Source of the DNA: an uncultured delta proteobacterium
GTDB lineage: Bacteria; Desulfobacterota; Binatia; Binatales; Binataceae
Direction: 5' to 3'
DNA: 64,000 bases
NCBI GenBank assembly: GCA_963724765.1
Contig: CAVRVY010000004.1
Location: 960,001-1,024,000, forward strand
Numbering within the stretch: position 1 is the first letter of the stretch; each line of letters begins with the position of its first letter. The position numbers and the translations under genes were made by a program. Shown here one piece after another: positions 1 to 10,051 of this stretch. The notes beneath the pieces were generated by a model. That model was given only the letters and a program-made list of their open reading frames with translations. It was not told the origin of the DNA and searched no databases.

Positions 1-655
1 CGGTGTGACCAACCACGTGCTGGCGTGGCATACCGGGCCGATACGGGTAATTCGGTGCGTGAGCCATTCGGTGAAGTTGATCTTCGGCATCAAAACGCCG
101 CGCGTGCTCAGCGGAGAGACCTTCTATCGCAACTATGCCGAGGATTCGTTCGTCGCGCAGGCGTTATGGGTGCCGCGCATGTTTTTCGGCAACGTACGAG
201 TTCGCACATGGCTGGACTTCGTCGGAATCGACGGATTTGCGCTGTCATGGTCCGGGATGCAGCGGCAGCCGCTTGGGCTTGGGGCCGCAAGCGCAGCCGC
301 TGCGGCGGCGGAAATTTCGCGCGATCCGCCGGAAGTGAAATGGCTCGCCCTCGAGGGCGACGGCAAGATCGTGATGCAGACCTTTACACCGTCACCCGAT
401 CTGGCGACACTTCGGCGCCAACTTTACTTTTGCGACGGAGCCGCGGCTGCCGACGCATCCGGGCAAGCCTCTGCGGACTGCACCAGCGCCGCGCTTCAAA
501 TCGGATATTTGGTGACCGGGTGGGAAAATCTCGCGCCCGGAACCCATCGGCTCAATTCGCTGCTGATGGTTCTTCCCGACAGCGCCGAGCCGGACGCGGT
601 CGCGCATGAGCTCGCGACGGCGCCCCCCGTGAACGTCCGCTCGATACGACGCTAG
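1..655 (+). CDS. hypothetical protein, C-terminal part (5' end probably outside window)
   Basis: ORF open from the window edge to a stop at 655; protein-like composition; family not recognised. Confidence 0.6.
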   Translation, partial: GVTNHVLAWHTGPIRVIRCVSHSVKLIFGIKTPRVLSGETFYRNYAEDSFVAQALWVPRMFFGNVRVRTWLDFVGIDGFALSWSGMQRQPLGLGAASAAAAAAEISRDPPEVKWLALEGDGKIVMQTFTPSPDLATLRRQLYFCDGAAAADASGQASADCTSAALQIGYLVTGWENLAPGTHRLNSLLMVLPDSAEPDAVAHELATAPPVNVRSIRR

Positions 656-666
656 GCCGGCGGTGC

Positions 667-1791
667 TCAGCGGATCGTTCCGAGCTGGCGCAGCAGCGGC
701 ATGATCTCGCGCTCGAAGCGCAGCGTGTCCTCATAGTACGAGAGCAATACCATGAGCACGCCGTCCATGCCCGAGCGGTAGAGCCGGTCAAGGCTTTCGG
801 CGACCTGCTCGCGGGTGCCGAAGATCGGCAATGCGCCCGCGCCAAGCGCGAACATCTCGAGCGTGAAGTTGTCGAACGAGCCGCTTTGCGGAAGCAGTCC
901 GCGCGCCCAGTTCTCGGCCGCCTCGCGATCCACTTGTTCCACGATGCGGCGGCGCTCCTGGTTGGCCTCGCGCTCGGTCTCCCGCCAGACCACGAGCGGG
1001 AAGCAGCAGCACTTGACGCTGCGTCCGTGGCGCGCGGCGCGCGTTTGAAAATCGGCGCTCAGCGCGGCGCTCGCTTCCAGCGAAGGCACGGCGATAAAGG
1101 CCCAATCGCAAAGCCGCGCGACCAGTTCGCGCGCGTCCTCCGATCCGCCGGCGTTGGCGATTGGCGGATGCGGCTTGCGGGTCGGCTGCGGCATCACCCA
1201 TCCGTCGCGAATCCGATACCACTTCGATTCGTGGTTGAAAGTGCCGGGCTCGCAGGTCCATACCCCCTTGACGATTTCGATGTAAGCCGCGGTGCGCTCG
1301 TAGCGTTCGGTGTGCGGCAGTACTTCGATACCCATCATTCCGAACTCACGCTCGCTCCATCCGCTGACCACGTTGAGGCCCCATCGCCCCTTCCCGATAT
1401 GGTCGAGCGTCGCGCCCATCTTGGCCGCGACCAGCGGATGGAAGATCGGCACGTGCACCGTGGAGAAGACCTGGATGCGCTCGGTTATCGCCAGCAACGC
1501 GCCGGCCCAGGTCATGGTTTCGAGCGAGGTGCCGAGGAAGTCGGTCTTGCCCCCGTAGCCCTTCCATTTGGCGACTGGAAAAAGAAAATCGAAGCCGGCG
1601 GCCTCGGCGGCGCGAGCGATCTGCGCGTTCGCCTCGTACGTCCAGTCGTCGGGCACCGGTTTGTAGGTGCTGATCGAGTATGCGTTGCTGCAGTTGGGCA
1701 TGAAGAGTCCCCACCCGAGCGGCGCGCGCTGCTCTCCATCCAATACGGCGCCCGGCGCTCGGGCCGCGGCTCGGCGAACCTCATCCATCAC
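667..1791 (-). CDS. luciferase-like (LLM) flavin-dependent monooxygenase, RutA/SfnG/SsuD-like
   Basis: AEAAGFDF, KWKGYGG, STVHVP..HPLVAAKMGATLDHI..GRWGLNVVSGW motifs; start uncertain. Confidence 0.85.
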   Translation of the reverse strand: MMDEVRRAAARAPGAVLDGEQRAPLGWGLFMPNCSNAYSISTYKPVPDDWTYEANAQIARAAEAAGFDFLFPVAKWKGYGGKTDFLGTSLETMTWAGALLAITERIQVFSTVHVPIFHPLVAAKMGATLDHIGKGRWGLNVVSGWSEREFGMMGIEVLPHTERYERTAAYIEIVKGVWTCEPGTFNHESKWYRIRDGWVMPQPTRKPHPPIANAGGSEDARELVARLCDWAFIAVPSLEASAALSADFQTRAARHGRSVKCCCFPLVVWRETEREANQERRRIVEQVDREAAENWARGLLPQSGSFDNFTLEMFALGAGALPIFGTREQVAESLDRLYRSGMDGVLMVLLSYYEDTLRFEREIMPLLRQLGTIR

Positions 1792-1913
1792 TTGATCTCC
1801 ACTCGATTTCCCGCGCGAGCTCCCATGCCACGGTTTCTCTCCAGCGGCTTCCTGGACTGCCGGAAAACTTGCTCCTGCGCGGATTTTGAAATTCGCCGAG
1901 CACTCTCACCTGT

Positions 1914-2477
1914 TTAACCTACCTTGGCGAGCAGGTTGGCCATGTCGTCGGCATGCTCCTCTTCCGTCTTTAGGATGTCTTCCATTAGCCGGCGCGTGGT
2001 CATGTCGTCGTCGCCGAGCCATCGCACGATCTCCGAATACGACTCGATCGCCACGCGCTCGGCTACCAGGTCCTCCTGGATCATCGTGACCAGGGTGTTA
2101 TGCCGCCCATACTCGGAATGGCTGCGCTCCGGAAGCCCCTTGGGATCGAAGTTGGGCTCGCCGCCGAGCTGCGTGATCCGTTCCGCGACCCAGTCCGCAT
2201 GCTGCTGCTCTTCGCCCGCATGCTTGAGAAACTCGGCCCGCGCCGGTTCCGCGTCGAGCCCTTTGGAAAAGTAGAAATGCGACTTGTAGCGCAGGACGCA
2301 AACGATCTCGGTTGCGAGCACGTCGTTGAGCACCTTGATGACCTGTGCGCGGTCAGCGCGATAGCTTTCGGTCACGGCACCGGACTGCATATGCCGGCGC
2401 GCTCGCTCGCGCATCTTCTTGACGTCGGCGACAAAACGTCCCGCCGGAGCGCTGGTCGATTTTTTTCTCTCTGCCAT
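1914..2477 (-). CDS. bacterioferritin-like/DPSL-like ferritin-family diiron protein
   Basis: ferroxidase-centre motifs LATE, EEQQHAD, EDLVAERVAI, EEEHADD. Confidence 0.85.
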   Translation of the reverse strand: MAERKKSTSAPAGRFVADVKKMRERARRHMQSGAVTESYRADRAQVIKVLNDVLATEIVCVLRYKSHFYFSKGLDAEPARAEFLKHAGEEQQHADWVAERITQLGGEPNFDPKGLPERSHSEYGRHNTLVTMIQEDLVAERVAIESYSEIVRWLGDDDMTTRRLMEDILKTEEEHADDMANLLAKVG

Positions 2478-2531
2478 CGCATTCTCCGTGTGAAACTTGT
2501 CTCTGTGGGTCGCGCTTCCTTAGCTGGTGCG

Positions 2532-3533
2532 CTAGGCGGCGGCGAGACGTTCGATCGCACGCAGGATGCGGGCGCGGCGTTCCTTGGGGTCGGGCGCGAA
2601 CGATTCCGGTTGCAGCGCCGTCGCGGTCACGCCCGCTCTGGCAAATTCGGCCAGTCGCGCGCGGCAATGGTCGACGCTGCCGAAGACGTAAATCTCCTCC
2701 AGCATCCGGTCCGGCACGGCGGCGAGCGCGGCCTTGCGATCGCCGGCGTTCCAGGCCTCGGCGGCGGTCGTGGCCTCGCGATCGAAGCCAATCTCGCGGA
2801 AGAAATTGTTGTACTGCGGCACGGTCATGTAGGCGGTCAGATGGCGGCGCAGCTCGGCGCGCAGCGCGTCGCTATCGTCGTCGACCGCGACGAAAATGCG
2901 GCAGACCACGTCGAGCGGCGCGCTGGCATCTTTGCCGGCGGCGCGCTGGCCCTCGCGCACGTGCGCGATCATCGCAGGCAGCGTCGCCGGCGTGATGAAG
3001 TTGGTGATGAGTCCGTCGGCGATCTCGCCCACCAGGCGGAGCATCTTCTCGCCCTGGGCGCCGAGGTAGATCGGCGGCGGTTTGTCCAGCGTGACGTTCA
3101 TGCGAAAGCCGTTGACCTGCACGGTCTTGCCCTTGAACGTAACCTTCTCGCGGCTGAACGTGCTGCGGATTGCGGCGACGGTCTCGCGCACTCGGGTCAG
3201 CGGATGCTCGAACGGCACCCCCATCCACTGCTGAACGATCACCGGCGACGACGTTCCCAGCCCGAGGATGAGCCGGCCGCCGGAAAGCTGCTGCACGGTC
3301 GCCGCCGACATCGCGATCAAGACCGGCGACCGGGTAAACACCGGCACGATCGCGGTGCCCAGCCGCATATTGGGCGCGAGCATCGCCGCCGCCGCGAGCG
3401 GGGCGAAGGCTTCAGTTGCATACGATTCGAACGACCAGGCGTCGACGTAGCCGCAACGCTCGGCCGTGCGCACCAGGTCGACGAAGTGTTGGTTCTGAAA
3501 GGCTTCGAGCGGGATCGTGATTCCCTGTCGCAT
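2532..3533 (-). CDS. LLM-class, probably F420-dependent, oxidoreductase
   Basis: AERCGYVDAWSFE, RLGTAIVPVFTRSP, GRLILGLGTS, PPIYLGAQGEKMLRLVGEIADG; GGAG RBS before ATG 3533. Confidence 0.85.
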   Translation of the reverse strand: MRQGITIPLEAFQNQHFVDLVRTAERCGYVDAWSFESYATEAFAPLAAAAMLAPNMRLGTAIVPVFTRSPVLIAMSAATVQQLSGGRLILGLGTSSPVIVQQWMGVPFEHPLTRVRETVAAIRSTFSREKVTFKGKTVQVNGFRMNVTLDKPPPIYLGAQGEKMLRLVGEIADGLITNFITPATLPAMIAHVREGQRAAGKDASAPLDVVCRIFVAVDDDSDALRAELRRHLTAYMTVPQYNNFFREIGFDREATTAAEAWNAGDRKAALAAVPDRMLEEIYVFGSVDHCRARLAEFARAGVTATALQPESFAPDPKERRARILRAIERLAAA

Positions 3534-3776
3534 CGTGATGTCTATCTCCATTGCGCGGCGTCAGACGAAGGCTGGCGCTTCGCGCGTCACGTCTTTATTA
3601 CATGGCGGCGCACCCTGAGGCCAAGCATCAGCGCGAAATGAACGACGCACCTCCCAGGCCTCAATATTTCGGGTTATGTGTCTGAGAGGCGCCCTCAGCC
3701 GGCTTGCCGCCCGCCGGCGGCGTGAATAGGATGCGGCACCTGCGGCGCTCCCTGCCTGGCCGCACCATGCATAACG

Positions 3777-5066
3777 ATGCGCACGAGAGCTGACACCCAG
3801 AACGCATACGCGCCCGCCGGGACTCCAGGCCGGCGCGAGCGAATCTTTGCGTTCGATCGTATTTCGCGCATCTTGCCGACCGAGCCGGACTCGCCGCGGG
3901 CCTGGGTGATCGCGCTGGCCGCGTTTCTCTCGATGTTCACGACCTTCGGGGTCGTCTACAGCTTCGGCGCCTTCGTCAAGCCGATGGCCGCCGAGTTTCA
4001 TTCCGGCCGCGCCGCGATCTCGGCGGTCTTCTCGATAACCGCCTTCATCTACTTTATCTTCGGCGCCGCCGCAGGCCATATTTCGGATCGTATCGGGCCG
4101 CGTCCGGTGATGGTCGCGAGCGCGCTCTTCATGGGCGCCGGCCTCGTGCTGACCTCGCGGATCGATCATCTGTGGCTAAGTTATCTCACCTACGGGATCG
4201 GCGTTGGAATCGGGGTCGCCTGCGGATATGCGCCGATGGTGGCGGTGGTCAGCGGATGGTTCGTGCGCCGGCGCAACACGGCGCTCGGAATCGCGGTCTC
4301 GGGCATCGGCTTCGGCACGATCGTGGGCGCGCCGCTGGCCGCGAAGTGCATCCCGCTCTATGGATGGCGCGCCACGTATGTACTGTTCGGCGTGCTGAGC
4401 GCGGCGCTGCTGCTGCTCGCCGCGGCGCTGGCGAAACGCTCGCCGATCGCGCGCAGCAGGAGCGCACCCAGCACGGGCGAGGCGCTGCGGACGCCGGCCT
4501 TCATGCTGCTCTACGCGTCGTCGTTTCTGTGTTCGGTTCCGCTCTTCGTACCGTTTGTATTTCTGCCGGCGTTCGCGCGCGACCTCGGGGTTAGCGCGGT
4601 CGCGAGCGCCGCGCTGATCGGCGTTATCGGTATCGGGAGCGTCTGCGGACGGCTGGGCCTAGGCACGCTGGCCGACCGGCTGGGCCTGATCGGCCTCTAC
4701 CTGCTCTGCTTCCTGCTGCAGGCGTTGAGCTACGCCATCTGGCTTGGTGCGCACTCCTACCTGATGCTGGTGATCTTCGCGCTGGTGATCGGCATCGGCT
4801 ATGGCGGTTACTCGGCGCTGGCGCCCACGGTGCTGGCGCAGTTCTTCGGGACCAGCAACCTCGGCGCGCTGGTGGGTACGCTGTACACCAGTAACGCGTT
4901 CGGCACGCTTATCGGACCGCCGCTCGCCGGCTTCATCATCGATCGCACTGGAGGCTATCGATGGGCGATCGCGGCCGCGCTCGCGATGGCGACCGCCGCG
5001 TTTTTCGTTTTGCTGCCGCTGCCGAACTGCGAGCTTCCCGACGCCGCGCCTCAGAAGATCGGGTGA
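3777..5066 (+). CDS. MFS transporter (monocarboxylate/OFA-like)
   Basis: about 12 hydrophobic segments; motif A GHISDRIGPR and GTLADRLG; WFVRRRNTALG; start may lie further downstream. Confidence 0.85.
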   Translation: MRTRADTQNAYAPAGTPGRRERIFAFDRISRILPTEPDSPRAWVIALAAFLSMFTTFGVVYSFGAFVKPMAAEFHSGRAAISAVFSITAFIYFIFGAAAGHISDRIGPRPVMVASALFMGAGLVLTSRIDHLWLSYLTYGIGVGIGVACGYAPMVAVVSGWFVRRRNTALGIAVSGIGFGTIVGAPLAAKCIPLYGWRATYVLFGVLSAALLLLAAALAKRSPIARSRSAPSTGEALRTPAFMLLYASSFLCSVPLFVPFVFLPAFARDLGVSAVASAALIGVIGIGSVCGRLGLGTLADRLGLIGLYLLCFLLQALSYAIWLGAHSYLMLVIFALVIGIGYGGYSALAPTVLAQFFGTSNLGALVGTLYTSNAFGTLIGPPLAGFIIDRTGGYRWAIAAALAMATAAFFVLLPLPNCELPDAAPQKIG

Positions 5067-6166
5067 TTCTGTATCGATTTGTATTTCGGATACCCGGACG
5101 AGACGCCGTACTCCATCACGCCGTATCCGACCGAATTCCCGTCGCGCACTTCGATCACGTGATCACTCAGCGTGCGCACCAGACGGCGAATCTCCGCATC
5201 GCGCAAATCCCAGCGGTCGTGCTCGACGTGGAGCGGCCCCTTATCGTCGCCCTGCGCCCATCCGCGCAACCCGCCGTACATCCCGGCCTTCAGGTAGTAG
5301 CGGCCGGGCAGCATTTTGATCTGCACGCGCCGTTTGGCGCCGCCCACGAAGGTCATCTCGAACTCGGCGCGGTCGATGCTCTGGCCGAGCGGATCGTCGG
5401 CCCAGGTGATCTCGTGCGCGACGTCGGTGATACGGCGGCGGCGGTCGGCCTGCTGTCCCAGCGGCAGGACCTCTTCGCCGGTAATATAGATGAAGTCGCC
5501 CGGCGCGCGCTCGTTGAAGTACCACTGCAGGCCATGATCGGCGAACTGGATGGTCGACCAGCTGAACAACAGCGGCGGGAAATATGAGAGTGGCGGCTTG
5601 GTCTCGTCGGTATGCAACTCGGCGCGGATGCCCCAGGAGCGGTCGCGCTGTCCCCACCAGGTCTCGGGCTTGAGCTCGTAGCGCTTGCCGCCCACCTTGA
5701 TCCATCCCGAATAGCGCCCGACCTGTTGCGCGCGCGCGATCTGCTCGGCGACCCGGCCGTGGCGGCGGCGGAAATGCGGCTCCTCCTCGTGCGGATTCAG
5801 GGTGGCGTGGAACTCGATATCGAAACTCATCTCCGAATCGTTTTCCGCCAGCACGATTCGATGGCGGCGCAGCCCCTCGAGCACGTGGATCTGTAGCGGC
5901 CCGACGCGGGTCAGCAGCGGGTCAGGCCGCAGCCGGCGCGACATCCGGATATTGTGCTGCACGTTGTCGATGGTCACGCCGGCAAACGCGTCCATCACGT
6001 TCTTGTTGGGGTAATAACCCAAACCGATGTCAAAGATGATGTCGCCGGCGGGCACGGGATGTCCCGTGTACCACATCCGTTCCATCCAGGCCGGATCGCT
6101 GGTGCCGACGTGGTCGAAAGTGGTGGGAAGCTGATGGCCGATGAAATCGTCCTGCGCTGTCAGCAT
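5051..6166 (-). CDS. conserved hypothetical protein, tocopherol-cyclase/CrtC-like beta-barrel
   Basis: W-x-ER-x-WY and GQRDRSWGIR motifs; beta-strand-rich; last gene of the APH operon. Confidence 0.6.
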   Translation of the reverse strand: MLTAQDDFIGHQLPTTFDHVGTSDPAWMERMWYTGHPVPAGDIIFDIGLGYYPNKNVMDAFAGVTIDNVQHNIRMSRRLRPDPLLTRVGPLQIHVLEGLRRHRIVLAENDSEMSFDIEFHATLNPHEEEPHFRRRHGRVAEQIARAQQVGRYSGWIKVGGKRYELKPETWWGQRDRSWGIRAELHTDETKPPLSYFPPLLFSWSTIQFADHGLQWYFNERAPGDFIYITGEEVLPLGQQADRRRRITDVAHEITWADDPLGQSIDRAEFEMTFVGGAKRRVQIKMLPGRYYLKAGMYGGLRGWAQGDDKGPLHVEHDRWDLRDAEIRRLVRTLSDHVIEVRDGNSVGYGVMEYGVSSGYPKYKSIQNHPIF

Positions 6167-6184
6167 ATTCTTGCCCTTGTGCCC

Positions 6185-6676
6185 CTAAGTGTTAGCTCCG
6201 CGCGAGATTTCCGCGAAGAGCGGATTCGCGGTCAGCGCCAGTTCGCGCTTGACCGCCTCGCGCATATAGTTCGTCAACGCGTCCTCGACCGATTGCGCGA
6301 CCGCGGCGTCGAGCGCACCCCGATGCTCCGTCAGCCATTTGAGCACGCCGCAGACCTCGGCCTCCAGCCGATCGCGGCGCGCCTCCAAGTGCTTCGTGTC
6401 GAGCGTGATCGAGGCCGCGGCCGGCGGCGCGTAAGCAGGCGGGCGCTCGACTTGTCCGCGGCACAGATCGTCGATCCGCTTAAGCGCCTCCTCCTGCAGG
6501 CCGACCTGCGCGAGCGTAACCTCGCGCGACCACTCCAGGCGGGGGCGCATGTTGCGCAGCAGATCCATCACCGCAAAAGCCTGGCCGCGAGCGTAGGCGT
6601 CGTCAACGCGCGGAATTATTTCGCGCTCGAGCGCTATGATGATCCCATCGATGAGCCGGTTGAGCGAATTGTTCAT
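6185..6676 (-). CDS. small helical hypothetical protein coupled to the APH kinase (LvaB-like position)
   Basis: ATG overlaps the upstream stop (ATGA 6676-6673); all-helical composition. Confidence 0.7.
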   Translation of the reverse strand: MNNSLNRLIDGIIIALEREIIPRVDDAYARGQAFAVMDLLRNMRPRLEWSREVTLAQVGLQEEALKRIDDLCRGQVERPPAYAPPAAASITLDTKHLEARRDRLEAEVCGVLKWLTEHRGALDAAVAQSVEDALTNYMREAVKRELALTANPLFAEISRGANT

Positions 6677-7710
6677 GGTGTCTCGCCCGACAATAGTCTT
6701 TCCAACTGCGCCAGCAGCCGCCATAGCTGCGCGCCCATCGCGGCCATCCGCAGATCGTCGAAATCTCCGCCCTCGAAGCAGTTCGCCGCGCCGACGTGCA
6801 TCACGGCCAGCGTGAAGGTGCCGAATATTTCGTAAAAGGTGACCGCGCGCGGATCAACCACGATTCCGCTCAGCTCCTGGTAGCGCCGGTAAAGCTCCTC
6901 GCGTGCGACCAGATGACACATCAGCGGCGAACGGCCGCGAAACGCCCGCATGCACATCCAGCCCAGGTCTTGATGCGGATCGCCGAGATGAACAAGCTCC
7001 CAATCCAGCATCGCGCTGATGCGCCCGTTGAGCACCAGGAAGTTGCCAATCCGATAATCGCCGTGGATCACGCTGATGCGCGGCGCGCACGGGCTATTGG
7101 CTCGCAGCCACAGGAGCCCCCACTCAAGGATCGGGTAGGGCCGCCGCTCATGCCGCCTCAGATATCGCTCCCAGAAATCGATTTGCGCCGCCGCCGCCTG
7201 CGCTACGTCCCGGGCGCCATCGAGCGCCTCGGCCGGCGTGCCGCGCCACTCGAAACTATGCAGGCGCGCGAGCCCGGCCACGAACTGCTCACCCAGGGCC
7301 GCGCGGGTGGCCTCGTCAAAGGCGGCGCCGCCGCCCGGCACCCATGGCAGCGGCGCCTCACCCTCGACCTTCTCCATCAGAAAGAACGGCGCGCCGAGGA
7401 CCTCGTGCGAATCCGTGTACCAATAGACGCGCGGCACCGGCACGCCGCTGTGCTCGATCGCCTTGAGTGCGACGAATTGGGGAACCGCGCTGTAAGGCGC
7501 GAAAACTCCGTCGGGCGGACCGATGCGAGCGATCAGCTTGCGATGCTGACGCTGGCCGTGCTCCTCCCACGTCGCCTCGAAACCATAGGTGAGCCACGAG
7601 AATCCGACGGAGTAGCGGGTCAATTCGCTAACGCTGACCGGCCCGCCGGTCTGTTTCTCGATGAAGCCGGTCAGACGCGCGCGCAACTCTGTCTCGATCG
7701 GTTGGTACAT
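6673..7710 (-). CDS. APH-family phosphotransferase (ACAD10/11- or LvaA-like kinase)
   Basis: GVPVPRV, LGAPFFLMEKVEG, HGDYRIGNFL, LDWELVHLGDPHQDLGW. Confidence 0.9.
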   Translation of the reverse strand: MYQPIETELRARLTGFIEKQTGGPVSVSELTRYSVGFSWLTYGFEATWEEHGQRQHRKLIARIGPPDGVFAPYSAVPQFVALKAIEHSGVPVPRVYWYTDSHEVLGAPFFLMEKVEGEAPLPWVPGGGAAFDEATRAALGEQFVAGLARLHSFEWRGTPAEALDGARDVAQAAAAQIDFWERYLRRHERRPYPILEWGLLWLRANSPCAPRISVIHGDYRIGNFLVLNGRISAMLDWELVHLGDPHQDLGWMCMRAFRGRSPLMCHLVAREELYRRYQELSGIVVDPRAVTFYEIFGTFTLAVMHVGAANCFEGGDFDDLRMAAMGAQLWRLLAQLERLLSGETP

Positions 7711-7957
7711 TAGACGATGTTTCGGAATTTACTCTTTTTTTTCGACTCGCGCGCGCGGGTTGTCGCCGATGGCCGGCGCGGCGAAAACTAGCAAACCGGT
7801 CTGAGCTTGGAAAGCGGCCGCCTTACCCTGAAAAGCGTGCCATTCCTGCCGTGGAAGCGTGCCGCGGATGCCTTGATCGCTGCAGAGTCTCGGCCGAAGG
7901 GATGTTTGCCGGTACTCGGCAGAGACGTTCGTGATCGGCTCCCCTCGCGCTTCAAAG

Positions 7958-8048
7958 TGCAATTTGCGCTCGCGCTTTGCCCGGGTCATTGCGAAATGCA
8001 GTTTCACACCCGTGCAACCTGCAATCGTAAGTGCGATTGCAATATGAA
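7958..8048 (+). promoter_or_regulatory. four TGCA-N3-TGCA-like boxes, candidate enhancer sites for the kdp sigma54 activator
   Basis: tgcaatttgcg (7958), tgcgaaatgca (7990), tgcaacctgca (8013), tgcaatatgaa (8038), upstream of a -24/-12 promoter. Confidence 0.55.
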
Positions 8049-8076
8049 ATGTTTCCATTTTCCACGATTTATTGAT

Positions 8077-8093
8077 CTGGCATGTCTCGTGCG
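8077..8093 (+). promoter_or_regulatory. sigma54 (-24/-12) promoter of the kdp operon
   Basis: CTGGCATGTCTCGTGCG = GG-N10-GC just before the first kdp ORF; the operon encodes a GAFTGA activator. Confidence 0.75.
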
Positions 8094-8105
8094 TTGTAAT
8101 AAAAC

Positions 8106-8189
8106 ATGTGGGACTTGATCTTTCTTCTGGCAACGGTCGGCTTCTTCGCCATGAGCTTCGCCTACGTGAAAGGGTGTGAGCGGCTATGA
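8106..8189 (+). CDS. 27-aa hydrophobic peptide upstream of kdpF (KdpZ/KdpG-like)
   Basis: MWDLIFLLATVGFFAMSFAYVKGCERL*; stop overlaps the kdpF start (ATGA); below the ORF-track cutoff. Confidence 0.75.
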   Translation: MWDLIFLLATVGFFAMSFAYVKGCERL

Positions 8190-8278
8190 GCACTTGGGAA
8201 CTGATCCTGGGGTCCGCCGGCGCCGTCCTCCTGACCGCGTATCTCGTCTACGCATTGCTACGCCCCGAGCGATTCTAG
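8186..8278 (+). CDS. kdpF: K+-transporting ATPase subunit F
   Basis: MSTWELILGSAGAVLLTAYLVYALLRPERF*, canonical YLVYALLRPERF ending, directly before kdpA. Confidence 0.9.
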   Translation: MSTWELILGSAGAVLLTAYLVYALLRPERF

Positions 8279-8305
8279 GGGCCATCCTCTCTTCGAGGTC
8301 TCAGA

Positions 8306-10033
8306 ATGTTCTGGAACGCAGTTTTCCAGGTAGGGATTTTTTTAGCCATCGTCACCGCGCTGAGCGTGCCGCTGGGGCTTTACATGGCGCGCGTCTTCGC
8401 GCACGAGCCGACTTTTCTCGACCCGGTGCTCGCGCCGGTCGAGCGGCTCATCTATCGCGTGTGCCGGGTGCGGCCCGGCAGCGAGATGACGTGGGGCGAA
8501 TACGCGGTCGCGATGCTGCTCTTCAGCATGGTCGGAATGCTGGTCCTGTACGCGATGCAGCGGCTGCAGGCGTTCCTGCCGCTCAATCCACAAAAGTTCG
8601 CCGGCGTAGCGCCCGATCTCGCCTTCAACACGGCGGCCAGCTTTACCACCAACACCAACTGGCAAGCCTATGGCGGCGAATCGACCATGAGTTACCTGAC
8701 TCAGATGGCCGGGCTCGCGTTTCATAATTTCGTCTCGGCCGCGACTGGAATCGCGATCGCGATCGCGGTGATTCGCGGCTTCGTGCGCCGCAGCGCCAAG
8801 ACGCTGGGGAATTTCTGGGTCGACCTGACCCGCGCGACGCTGTGGGTGCTGCTGCCGATCTCGTTGGTCTTCGCTCTGGTTTTAGTGTGGCAGGGTGTGC
8901 CGCAGAACTTCAGCCCTTACGTCCACGCCAAGACCGTGGAAGGCGCCGAGCAAGTACTCGCCGAGGGACCGGTCGCTTCGCAAGAGATCATCAAGGAACT
9001 CGGCACCAACGGCGGCGGCTTTTTCAACGCCAACTCGGCGCATCCGTACGAAAATCCCACGCCCCTGACGGATCTGCTCGAGCTCGTCGCGATCTTCGCG
9101 ATCGGCGCCGGGCTGACACATACGTTCGGCCACATGGCAGGCGATCGGCGCCAGGGATGGGCGCTGTTCGGGGTGATGGCGATCATGTTTTTGATGGGCG
9201 TCACGCCCGCTATCTGGGCCGAGCAACGCGGCAATCCGCAGTTCGCCGCGCTCGGCCTCCATCAACATGCCACTGCGGGCCAGTCCGGCGGCAATATGGA
9301 GGGCAAGGAGACACGCTTCGGTACGATCGATTCGGCGCTGTGGGCCACCGTCACCACCGATACCTCGTGCGGCGCGGTCAACTCGATGCATGACAGCTTC
9401 ACGCCGCTGGGCGGCCTCGTTCCGCTGGTCAACATGCAGATCGGCGAGATCATTTACGGCGGCGTCGGATCGGGCCTTTACGGGATGCTCGTGATGGCGG
9501 TGCTGTCGGTGTTCATCGCGGGATTGATGGTAGGGCGAACGCCGGAGTACCTGGGCAAGAAGATCGAAGCCCGCGAGATAAAGCTCGCGATGCTTTTCAT
9601 TCTGATCTTTCCCACGGTGATCCTGCTGCCGGCCGCGATCGCGATTGTGACCAAGGCGGGACTGGCGGGCATCAGCAATCCCGGCCCGCACGGCTTCTCG
9701 CAAATTCTGTACGCCTACACGGAAGCCTCGGCCAACAACGGCTCGGCCTTCGGTGGGCTGAACGCGAACAGTTTCTTCTACAACACGACGCTCGCCTTCG
9801 TGATGCTGTTTGGCCGCTTCTTGATGAAAATTCCGGTACTCGCACTGGCCGGCTCGTTGGCGGGTAAGCGGGTGGCGCCGCCGAGCGCCGGCACCTTTCC
9901 GACCAACGGCGCAATTTTCGTGGTGCTTCTGATCGGGGTGATCCTGATCGTCGCGGCGCTGACCTTCTTCCCGGCCGACGCGCTGGGCCCGATCGTCGAG
10001 CACCTCGCGATGATGCAAGGCAAGCTCTACTAG
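8306..10033 (+). CDS. kdpA: K+-transporting ATPase subunit A
   Basis: [53 protein letters not shown]. Confidence 0.98.
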   Translation: MFWNAVFQVGIFLAIVTALSVPLGLYMARVFAHEPTFLDPVLAPVERLIYRVCRVRPGSEMTWGEYAVAMLLFSMVGMLVLYAMQRLQAFLPLNPQKFAGVAPDLAFNTAASFTTNTNWQAYGGESTMSYLTQMAGLAFHNFVSAATGIAIAIAVIRGFVRRSAKTLGNFWVDLTRATLWVLLPISLVFALVLVWQGVPQNFSPYVHAKTVEGAEQVLAEGPVASQEIIKELGTNGGGFFNANSAHPYENPTPLTDLLELVAIFAIGAGLTHTFGHMAGDRRQGWALFGVMAIMFLMGVTPAIWAEQRGNPQFAALGLHQHATAGQSGGNMEGKETRFGTIDSALWATVTTDTSCGAVNSMHDSFTPLGGLVPLVNMQIGEIIYGGVGSGLYGMLVMAVLSVFIAGLMVGRTPEYLGKKIEAREIKLAMLFILIFPTVILLPAAIAIVTKAGLAGISNPGPHGFSQILYAYTEASANNGSAFGGLNANSFFYNTTLAFVMLFGRFLMKIPVLALAGSLAGKRVAPPSAGTFPTNGAIFVVLLIGVILIVAALTFFPADALGPIVEHLAMMQGKLY

Positions 10034-10051
10034 GAAAGGAGTGAATTTTCG

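Noticed and set aside
7729-8193. 154-aa minus-strand ORF and 103-aa plus-strand ORF upstream of kdp
   Set aside because: They overlap the kdp promoter, enhancer boxes and real micro-ORFs; atypical composition
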